NCBI GenBank assembly: GCA_963820825.1 | Contig: CAWGBN010000006.1 | Coordinates: 288,001 to 352,000 of the forward strand | Length of the DNA stretch: 64,000 nt | DNA from: Vulcanimicrobiota bacterium | GTDB lineage: Bacteria; Vulcanimicrobiota; Vulcanimicrobiia; Vulcanimicrobiales; Vulcanimicrobiaceae | Reading direction: 5' to 3' | In this document: piece by piece, positions 37,316-44,702 of the stretch | Layout: the number at the start of each line of letters is the position of its first letter | How positions within the stretch are numbered: position 1 is the stretch's first letter | The notes under the pieces: model-generated | What the model was told of the DNA's origin: nothing | What the model saw: the letters and a program-made list of their open reading frames with translations, nothing else | The model's database searches: none | Program-made: the position numbers and the translations under genes

Positions 37316-37953
37316 ACCGTTTCGATGACACCGCTCGCTCCCAGCGCCTTGAGCTTTCGTCGAAGCTGGCTGACGTAGACGTCGACGATATTGCTGGAGC
37401 CCTCGAAATCGTAATCCCAAATGCGCTCGACGATTTGCGTGCGCGAGAGCGCGATTCCGGCGTTACGCGCGAGAAACTCCAAGAGGCGAAACTCGGTCGC
37501 GCCGAGCACGACCGGCCGCCCTTCGTATGCGACGGTGCGCGCGCCGAGATCGACGCGAAGTCCTCCGGCCTCGACCACGCCGAGCATCGGCCGGTCCCCG
37601 CGGCGCAGAATCGCTCCGATACGCGCGACCAGCTCCTCTTCGACGAACGGCTTGACGAGATAATCGTCGGCGCCGCATTCGAGACCCGCGACCCGATCTT
37701 CGACGGCGTCCCGAGCGGTGAGCATAAGGATGGGCGTCTGAACGCCCTCGGCGCGGGCACTGCGCGCCAGCGAGAAGCCGTCCATGCCGGGCAGTCCGAC
37801 GTCGATCACGGCTGCGTCGTAACACCGGCGCAGGAGGTGGTCGAGTCCGGAGGCGCCGTCGGTCACGACGTTCGCCGCATATTTGCGGGCTTCGAGCATC
37901 GTCCGGATCGACTCGGCGACCGGAACGTTATCTTCGACGACCAGAACTCTCAT
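37282..37953 (-). CDS. OmpR-family response regulator
   Basis: VVEDN, IDVGLPGMDG, LTARD, GADDYLVKPF, wHTH SNIVDVYVSQLRRKL..IETVWGIGY. Confidence 0.95.
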   Translation of the reverse strand: MRVLVVEDNVPVAESIRTMLEARKYAANVVTDGASGLDHLLRRCYDAAVIDVGLPGMDGFSLARSARAEGVQTPILMLTARDAVEDRVAGLECGADDYLVKPFVEEELVARIGAILRRGDRPMLGVVEAGGLRVDLGARTVAYEGRPVVLGATEFRLLEFLARNAGIALSRTQIVERIWDYDFEGSSNIVDVYVSQLRRKLKALGASGVIETVWGIGYRLKTG

Positions 37954-37963
37954 ACGAATCGAC

Positions 37964-39094
37964 CTAGTTCTTCAACGGGCCCGGGAAAGCTACTGTCAGC
38001 GCGGCGCTAAAGTACGGGTGCTGGCCGGGCTGCTGCACCTCTTGGGCGAGCACCCGGAACGGCGCGATCTGCACCGCCGCGTAGTAGACGAAGTCGCGGT
38101 TGATGAACGGATTGGCGAAGGCGTCGTAGCGAAGGCCAAAGTATGCGTGCGGGATTGGATAGTACTTCAGCCGCACGTATCCGCCCGACGAGTGCTGATT
38201 GGTCAGGAAGCCGTCCGCGTCGTGATCGTCGCCGTACCATTGTTCGGCTTGGAGATCGAGGTTGCCGTAGCTGGCGTGCCCGAGCAGGCCGTACCGCTCG
38301 TAGAGGTCGGCGAACGGAAGGCGTCCGGTGGGAAGAACGCCGAGCGTTCCTCCGAGCGCGGTCGCGCCGAGATCGACTTCGGCGCTTCTTTTCTGGTAGA
38401 GCGTGTCGCGAAGCCAGATGCTCATCTCGGGACTCTTCATCCAGGTCGACTCACCGGTCGGCACCGGCTTGCCGCCGTAGGCGGAGCCGGCGTAGAAGCC
38501 CATGTCGACGACGCCGTCTACTCGGAAGTTTCCGAAAGTCCGTTCCGCCATCACGCCCCAGCGCGGCGACGAAAGCGGAAGGTTGTTTAGACCGACGTGC
38601 GCGCCGTAGTAGCCGTACTGCTCCAGATCGTCGAGTCGTTGTCCCGGCGACTGCGCGAGCGGAAGCTCGAAGAGCCCACCGCGGAAGAGCGTCTGCGTGT
38701 GCTCGTTGTATCCGGCAGCGAAGATCAGATAGGTCGCAGCCGGTCCTCCGCCCGATCCGAAATTATAGTGCAGGTAAGCGGTGATTGGGCCGATGTTGCC
38801 GCTGCCCAGCAGAATGCCTCCCTGAGAGTACCGCGGACTACCCGGCGCGGGCTGCTTATCGTATTCCAGTTGATACCGGATCGCAAAGATCGTCGTGCCG
38901 TGCTCGGGCAGCGGTAGACGATAACCGTGCGAACGGAAGTAGTTTCCAAACGCGTTGAGCTCCGGCAGCACGCTGTGGCACTGACCGCACTTAAAATGGT
39001 AGCGTTGGGCGAAAATCGGAATTGCCTGCGCCGGCGCGTTCGCCAGCGCGACGAAGAGCAGCGCAAAGCCTGCGGCAGCGAGCTTACTGCGCAA
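37964..39094 (-). CDS. Cyc2-like monoheme cytochrome c-porin fusion (putative outer membrane)
   Basis: Signal peptide, then AIPIFAQRYHFKCGQCHSVLPELNAFGNYFRSHGY (CxxCH in a P.FA..C..CH..P.L..FG..F..GY context), then about 310 aa of aromatic, amphipathic beta strands. TTG 39094. Confidence 0.72.
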   Translation of the reverse strand: MRSKLAAAGFALLFVALANAPAQAIPIFAQRYHFKCGQCHSVLPELNAFGNYFRSHGYRLPLPEHGTTIFAIRYQLEYDKQPAPGSPRYSQGGILLGSGNIGPITAYLHYNFGSGGGPAATYLIFAAGYNEHTQTLFRGGLFELPLAQSPGQRLDDLEQYGYYGAHVGLNNLPLSSPRWGVMAERTFGNFRVDGVVDMGFYAGSAYGGKPVPTGESTWMKSPEMSIWLRDTLYQKRSAEVDLGATALGGTLGVLPTGRLPFADLYERYGLLGHASYGNLDLQAEQWYGDDHDADGFLTNQHSSGGYVRLKYYPIPHAYFGLRYDAFANPFINRDFVYYAAVQIAPFRVLAQEVQQPGQHPYFSAALTVAFPGPLKN

Positions 39095-39536
39095 CGATCG
39101 CCGCTCGCATAGGCGCGCCGTAGTGGAAGAAGCAGCCGAAGAGATAGGTGCCCGGCCGATCGGCCGTGATCGTCTGTGAGGATGCGTTCGGCTGGAGCGC
39201 GCCGCTGCTGAACCCGCCGGAAAGGTTGCTGCCGTGCTGCTGCAACGCACCCGAATTAAACGGCGAGCCGCTCGGGAAGGTGCCGGCACCGGGAATCAGC
39301 GTCGCCGTGTGCGCGAACGTGTCGACGTTGACGAAATGAATTTGCGTACCTACCGAGACGGTGGTCACCGGCGGCGAGAAGCCTCCGCTCTGTCCGTACG
39401 GCGTCTGCGATGGCGCGAACTGGGTTAGGCTGACGTCGATGGTGACGCCGCCGCTTCCGCCGGACGACGACGGAATTCCGCCGGCCGTGCATGCCGCGAG
39501 CGCGAGTGCTGCGACCGCGGCAAAACGGCGTATCAT
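39084..39536 (-). CDS. Cupredoxin (plastocyanin/azurin-like) lipoprotein
   Basis: Lipobox LAAC; FSP..V.VG..I.F.N.D..HT and PGTYLFGCFFHYGAPM give type 1 Cu ligands H, C, H, M. Confidence 0.85.
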   Translation of the reverse strand: MIRRFAAVAALALAACTAGGIPSSSGGSGGVTIDVSLTQFAPSQTPYGQSGGFSPPVTTVSVGTQIHFVNVDTFAHTATLIPGAGTFPSGSPFNSGALQQHGSNLSGGFSSGALQPNASSQTITADRPGTYLFGCFFHYGAPMRAAIVAQ

Positions 39537-40627
39537 TGCGACGCTACCCGATGCTGCTGGCGCACCGCGTCGAGGATCGCGTCGCCGAGTGCGCTCGATG
39601 CCAGCATCGTCTGCGCCAACGTGCCGTCGCCATTCATGACGTAAACGAAGGTCGTGTGCTCGTCGCGGTACCCGCGCTTCCCCTCGATGGAGAGAACGCC
39701 GAACTCGTGCATGACGGCCTCGACGTTGCGAACCGATCCGCCGGCGAGCAGCCAATACCGAGGATTGGCGTCGAAACGCGTTGCGAGCTCGCGCATCGTG
39801 CGCGGCGAGTCGTGCTCGGGATCGAGGGTGATGGTGAGCAATCGTGCGTGGAGATGCGCGTGCGCAATCCTGCGAGCGGCGTCGGCGAACTGGCCGTTGA
39901 TGAGCGGGCAGGCGTCGGTGCAGTGGGCCGATACGAAGGTGATGACGAGCGGCTCGCCGCGTAGTGAGGCGAGCGTAAACTCGCGACCGCGCTGATCGAC
40001 CAGATGCGTCCGCTGCGCCGGCTCCGGTGCTTTCGCTGTGGAACGCCGTTTGGCGTATCCGCCCGGTCCCGGCGACGCCGTCGGTCCGGGTGAAGCGCTC
40101 GCCGAGACCTCGATGATATCGCGCATGGCGTTTGAGACGTAGTGGACCGCACAGCCGATCAAATAAATTCCCGGCTTTGAAAGCGTGACGGTTACCGATG
40201 CGCCGGGATTGAGAAGTCCGCTCGCGTAGCCGCTTCCGAGGATGCCGTTTCCGGTCGGAGAGAATCCGAGACTGGGACTAACCGGCCACTGCGGCGGGGG
40301 TCCGTTCGTCTTCGCAATTACGTTGAGCGTATGAGAGTCGGCTTTTGAAAGATTCACGATCGTGAGCTTAGCGCCGGGGGCGAAGGCGAGAACTTGCGAG
40401 GTCTTCTCTTGCGTGAAGCCGCTCACCGTTCCCCAAACTGGATCGTTCTCGACGCCGATCTTTCCAGTCGGTATCCCCAGACCGATCGCCGACGCCGAGG
40501 GCAGCGGCGAAGGCGAACCGCCGCCTCCGCCGCCACCAATACTGCCCAAACCGCCGCCGTTCGTGCATGCCGTAACGGCCGCGATTGCAAGCGCGCCGAG
40601 CCAAAATGCCGGGCTGCGAAGGTTCAT
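39533..40627 (-). CDS. Cupredoxin-SCO1/SenC fusion lipoprotein
   Basis: Lipobox VTAC; cupredoxin SHTLN..GIYLIGCAVHYVSNAM; then SCO domain LVDQRG, CTDACP, ITLDPEHD.P, DEHTT. Confidence 0.85.
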   Translation of the reverse strand: MNLRSPAFWLGALAIAAVTACTNGGGLGSIGGGGGGGSPSPLPSASAIGLGIPTGKIGVENDPVWGTVSGFTQEKTSQVLAFAPGAKLTIVNLSKADSHTLNVIAKTNGPPPQWPVSPSLGFSPTGNGILGSGYASGLLNPGASVTVTLSKPGIYLIGCAVHYVSNAMRDIIEVSASASPGPTASPGPGGYAKRRSTAKAPEPAQRTHLVDQRGREFTLASLRGEPLVITFVSAHCTDACPLINGQFADAARRIAHAHLHARLLTITLDPEHDSPRTMRELATRFDANPRYWLLAGGSVRNVEAVMHEFGVLSIEGKRGYRDEHTTFVYVMNGDGTLAQTMLASSALGDAILDAVRQQHRVASQ

Positions 40628-41214
40628 TGAGGCGGTTTGGTCGCCTGCGGTCCGGGTGTCGCACCCGGCTCGACAACAATGACGTCTTGCATACCTGAGT
40701 GGTAGTGGAAGGCGCAGCCGAAGAGATAGATGCCGGCCTTCTTGGCAACCACGGTGACCGACGATCCCGGATTGATCGAGCCGCTTCTATAGCCGTTCTT
40801 CAGCGGCCCTCCCGATGGTGTCGTCGGGAGCGACGGACTGCTCGGGAAGTTCGCGGGCGGTCCTTTGATCTTCGCGACGACGTTGAACGTGTGGTGAATG
40901 CTCTTCGAAATGTTCTTGATCGTGAGCTTGGTGTTGGGCGGAAAGCCCAGTGCCTGCGAGAATTGTCGTTGCGTGAAACCGCCCAGCGTCGCTTGCCAGG
41001 TCGGATCTTTAATCGTGCCGAGGCCTTCCGCGGGAAGCTCCTCCATTACCGTACCCTTTTTTCTGTCGGGAAGGACGTAGCTGAGTTGCAAGTCGGGCAT
41101 GTTCGGCAGCGCGTACGTGCCGCTATTCGCACCGGTGCTGCCGGAGTTGCCCGCGCATGCTGCAAGTGCCGCGGCCGCAAGCGTCACCGCCATTGCCGCG
41201 AGTTTTTTAGCCAT
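40624..41214 (-). CDS. Cupredoxin lipoprotein
   Basis: GGAGG RBS; lipobox LAAC; HHTFN..GIYLFGCAFHYHSGM; closely similar to the N-terminal domain of the next gene. Confidence 0.85.
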   Translation of the reverse strand: MAKKLAAMAVTLAAAALAACAGNSGSTGANSGTYALPNMPDLQLSYVLPDRKKGTVMEELPAEGLGTIKDPTWQATLGGFTQRQFSQALGFPPNTKLTIKNISKSIHHTFNVVAKIKGPPANFPSSPSLPTTPSGGPLKNGYRSGSINPGSSVTVVAKKAGIYLFGCAFHYHSGMQDVIVVEPGATPGPQATKPPQ

Positions 41215-41245
41215 ATAACCTCCAGAGAGTGTAGGAATGTGCCTT

Positions 41246-41278
41246 AGGCTAGCGGTCGAGGATGAAGAAAGTCTAAAG
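41246..41278 (-). promoter_or_regulatory. OmpR-type direct-repeat box and -10
   Basis: Minus strand CTTTAG-N5-CTTCAT (41278-41262), 10 nt, TAGCCT. Confidence 0.55.
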
Positions 41279-41280
41279 CA

Positions 41281-42117
41281 CTACGGGGGTTTGATCGAGT
41301 CGCGCATCGCTGCCGCGATATTCTGCAGCGCCGGATCGCCCGCCGCATCGATCGTCGCTCGAGCGAACTCATTGCGGGCGGACGCGTGGTCCCCCTCTCG
41401 CAAGAGGACGACGCCCAGGGCAAACCGAGCGCGCGCATACGCGGGCGCGAGCGAGAGCGCGATGCGCAGTTCGCGTTCGGCCGCTTGATAGCGATCCAAG
41501 CGTTCTTCGGCGAGCGCGAGATCGTAATGCGCGACCGCGTACGACGGATTCGCGTGCAGCAGCTTGCCGAAATCCTCACGAGCGGTCGCGGCGTCGCCGC
41601 CTTGGAGCGCGACGATTCCCCGCGAATAGAGCGCTCGTGCCGCGTCCGGTGCGAGCGTGACGTATCGATTGGCCATGCGGCGCGCCTCGGCGAGATCGCC
41701 GCGCGCGAGGTCGATGGAGACGAGATTGGCCATCGCGGCTAGGAAGCCCGGATCGAGCGCGAGCGCGCTGCGCAGCTCGCGCGCCGCATCGTCGTAACGC
41801 TTTAGGTTCGCATACGCGATTGCGAGGTCGTACTGCGCCGTCGAGCCTTGCGGCTCGGCCGGATGGAGCGCGAGGATTCGCTCGAACTCAAGAGCCGCGT
41901 TCGTCCAGTCGCCGCGCGTCTCCGCGTCGATACCGAGCGTGAAGCGCTCTTCGATTTCGCGCCGAATCGCGAGCGCCTGCAACTGCGGTAGCGAAGTCGT
42001 TCTCGGTGCGGGACTCTGCGTTGAGTAGCTCTGCCCTTGGAGCGCCCCCAAGGCGGGCGCCACTCCGAACGTCGCCTCGACTTGGATAAGAAGGGCGGCG
42101 AGCAGCAGAACCCGCAT
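41281..42117 (-). CDS. Exported TPR-repeat protein
   Basis: Signal-like N-terminus; repeats AQYDLAIAY, ALYSRG, AHYDLALA, ARFALG. Confidence 0.85.
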   Translation of the reverse strand: MRVLLLAALLIQVEATFGVAPALGALQGQSYSTQSPAPRTTSLPQLQALAIRREIEERFTLGIDAETRGDWTNAALEFERILALHPAEPQGSTAQYDLAIAYANLKRYDDAARELRSALALDPGFLAAMANLVSIDLARGDLAEARRMANRYVTLAPDAARALYSRGIVALQGGDAATAREDFGKLLHANPSYAVAHYDLALAEERLDRYQAAERELRIALSLAPAYARARFALGVVLLREGDHASARNEFARATIDAAGDPALQNIAAAMRDSIKPP

Positions 42118-42120
42118 CGT

Positions 42121-42375
42121 TCACTGCGTGCCGTCGGAAGGCAGTTCGGCGTCGTGCCAAGAGCCGGCCGCGGCTGCGCGCTCGGGTTTGCACTCCCAAC
42201 CGACCCGCCCCGCGGCGGTAATCGGTCCGAGGAGTCCCGGCGCGGCCGACGGACTGAGCGCCCCGGAGAGCAGGTCTTCCACAGAGGCGGCGCTTGCTAC
42301 GGCAAAATGGCCGCAGAGAAACGCGCCGGCGAGAAGACCGGCTGCAAGCAGGCGCTGGAGATAGGTTCTTGACAC
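42121..42375 (-). CDS. Small exported hypothetical protein
   Basis: Signal-peptide-like N-terminus; ends 3 nt before the TPR gene; promoter-like elements immediately upstream. Confidence 0.55.
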   Translation of the reverse strand: MSRTYLQRLLAAGLLAGAFLCGHFAVASAASVEDLLSGALSPSAAPGLLGPITAAGRVGWECKPERAAAAGSWHDAELPSDGTQ

Positions 42376-42383
42376 TTCCTTCC

Positions 42384-42415
42384 ATCATAGCCGAAAGTCT
42401 AAAGAATCCGTGAAG
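42384..42415 (-). promoter_or_regulatory. OmpR-type direct-repeat box and -10
   Basis: Minus strand CTTCAC-N5-CTTTAG (42415-42399), 9 nt, TATGAT; shares GAAAGTCTAAAG with 41267-41278. Confidence 0.55.
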
Positions 42416-44248
42416 CTCGGGCTCGGCGCCGGGATGCTGCTCTCGATTCTGCTCGCGGCAGCGCCGGCGCGCGCCCAAACCCCGCTCGTCGTCGGGTCGG
42501 TGCGGGACCAGCACGGGGCGGCGGTCGATGGGGCCACCGTCGTGGCCCAGACGGCGGCGGGTGTCGGCCCGGCCGCGACGACCGATGCCGCCGGTACCTT
42601 CGCGCTCCATGGCTCGGGGATCGTCTCGGTCCGGATCGGTTGCCGCTACTGCCTCGGATCGGAGGTGGCGGTCAAGCCGGGCGAGCCGGTCGTCGCGATC
42701 GTCCGCCGCTACGACGCGCTGCTGAGCGAAGCACCCTCGCCGGCCGACCTGGCGAGCCTCCCCTACGCCCACGTAGAGTCCTCGGTCGCCCTCCATCCCT
42801 TCACGCTCCTCTCTCAAACGAGCACGCCCTATCCCGGCTCGCTGTTGAGCGATCGCGGTCTCTCGTCGAGCGGCGCGCTGCTCATCGACAACGGCGCCCC
42901 GAACTACGACATCGTCGCCGGCGAATCGCCGTACGCGCTCATCCCCGCGTATTACGAACAGGGCGCGGCGCTGCACGACGCGACGCTCGCGTACGCATAC
43001 GGCGATCAAGCGGCCGGCGGCGTCGTGATGCTCGATCCGTTCGTCGCCGGGTCGAGCGCGGAGGTCGCGACGATCGGCAGCGAGGCGATCGCTCGCGCGC
43101 AAGTCGGATCGGACGCATCGTCGATATCGGTCGGTACGTTCAGCAACGACGAGGAGTCGCGTCAGCGAGGCGACCTTACCGCGAGCTGGCCGTTGGGAGC
43201 GGACCAGTCGTTCACCGTCTCCGGAGGCAGCGAGCAAGGCCGCAACTACGAATCGCCGGCGTCCTCGTTTGCCGGCAGCTTCTCATTTGCCGATGCCGGC
43301 TTCAGCGATCCGCGCGCGCTCAACCTCTCGCTCTCCGCCGTGATGGATCGTGGCAGTTACGTCGCGAGCAGCTACCAATGGCCGACATCGACCGGCTGGT
43401 CCGATTCCGGTTTCGATGCGAGCATCCATACCAACGGACCCGTCGTCGCATTTGCCGACGCCGCGACTCGTTCGTCGAGCGGTTTCTACGACGCGCAATC
43501 GTTTGGGCTCGAGCGAGTCGGCGCGACGCTCGATCAGACGCGCATCGATGCGGGCCTCGTCGCGAGCGGAAGTGCGTACGCGGTGACGGCGGGAGTCGGC
43601 GCCTTCTGGTTCGACTATGCGGGTGGTACCTACGGCATATCGCAGCCGGCACGTGCGGCGCTCGCGGTACCGTCGCTCGATGCGAAGCTCTTTCCAAACG
43701 GCAAGTGGAGCTTGGACCTTCAAGGCAGCGGGTCGTTCACGCTGCCGACCTTCATCGAGCAGTATCTCTATGCCGAGGCCCGGCCGACGCCGGTGCAGCT
43801 CTCGCGCAACGCACTCCAAGCGGCAATTCTCAGCTATACCGACGGCGCGCGCGTGCGTTTCGAATTCGAAGCGGCCACCGAAAACGTGAGCGGCAGCGCG
43901 AGCGGAAGAATTTCGTCGGCCGGTCTTTCGGCGATATGGCAGATCGCGCCGGCGATTTCGCTGCGGACGTGGACGATGCACGTCACCGACTCCGCGCCGC
44001 TCTACGGCGCGGTTCTTCCCTACGGACCCGCGCCGACGGTGAACGCGATTTGGTTGACCTACGACACGGGGAGCGCGATTCGCGCCGACGTGCTATACCG
44101 CCGCGATCTGCTCGATGCGCTTCCGTTCTATCACTTCGACGGTGCGATCTCCGGTCCGATCGGCGATCGCTTGCGATGGTACGCCGGCGCCGAGGACCGG
44201 ATGCGCCGCACGTTCCTCGACGCCGGCCTTCGTTTCTCCGCGCGCTAG
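42410..44248 (+). CDS. TonB-dependent-receptor-like outer membrane protein with carboxypeptidase-regulatory-like N-domain
   Basis: Signal peptide, VGSVRDQHG..V.GA.V..TDAAGTF, plug-like DRG..LLIDNG.P..YG..AAGGVV, beta-strand C-terminus DAGLRF. Confidence 0.7.
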   Translation: MKLGLGAGMLLSILLAAAPARAQTPLVVGSVRDQHGAAVDGATVVAQTAAGVGPAATTDAAGTFALHGSGIVSVRIGCRYCLGSEVAVKPGEPVVAIVRRYDALLSEAPSPADLASLPYAHVESSVALHPFTLLSQTSTPYPGSLLSDRGLSSSGALLIDNGAPNYDIVAGESPYALIPAYYEQGAALHDATLAYAYGDQAAGGVVMLDPFVAGSSAEVATIGSEAIARAQVGSDASSISVGTFSNDEESRQRGDLTASWPLGADQSFTVSGGSEQGRNYESPASSFAGSFSFADAGFSDPRALNLSLSAVMDRGSYVASSYQWPTSTGWSDSGFDASIHTNGPVVAFADAATRSSSGFYDAQSFGLERVGATLDQTRIDAGLVASGSAYAVTAGVGAFWFDYAGGTYGISQPARAALAVPSLDAKLFPNGKWSLDLQGSGSFTLPTFIEQYLYAEARPTPVQLSRNALQAAILSYTDGARVRFEFEAATENVSGSASGRISSAGLSAIWQIAPAISLRTWTMHVTDSAPLYGAVLPYGPAPTVNAIWLTYDTGSAIRADVLYRRDLLDALPFYHFDGAISGPIGDRLRWYAGAEDRMRRTFLDAGLRFSAR

Positions 44249-44258
44249 ACCGGCAAGG

Positions 44259-44675
44259 CTACGAAGCTTTCGGCTTCCAGGCTCCCAAGATTACACCCAT
44301 GACCGCCATCCCGACGACGACGTAACCTACGTTGATGATCGCGAGCGTCGAGCCGCGCATCTCGTAGGTGTAATCCATCGCGGTCATCGTGCCGAAGATC
44401 AGGAGCCCCATCGAGAGCCCGATCAACGCGCCTCGCCCGGGATTCAGATCGCCGCGCCAACTCAAGATGCGTGCGAGACCGTATGCGAGCAAGAACGCCA
44501 TGACGAACGTGAGCCCGTACTCATAGCCTGCGGCGCCCCCTTGCGTCATGTCTCCCGTCGCCTTGCCCATCGCCGTCATCCACGCCGATGTGAACAGCAT
44601 GCCATACCACAACCAGCCGATTAAAAAGAAGACGATCGCCGAAACGACGATCGCCCACCAGTTTACGCGATGCAT
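44259..44675 (-). CDS. DUF1761-like membrane protein
   Basis: NWWAIVV.AI.FF.IG.LWY..LF..W; four TM segments; IN.GY. Confidence 0.8.
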   Translation of the reverse strand: MHRVNWWAIVVSAIVFFLIGWLWYGMLFTSAWMTAMGKATGDMTQGGAAGYEYGLTFVMAFLLAYGLARILSWRGDLNPGRGALIGLSMGLLIFGTMTAMDYTYEMRGSTLAIINVGYVVVGMAVMGVILGAWKPKAS

Positions 44676-44702
44676 GCGGGCGCCTTACTGCCCGCGACCC
44701 GG

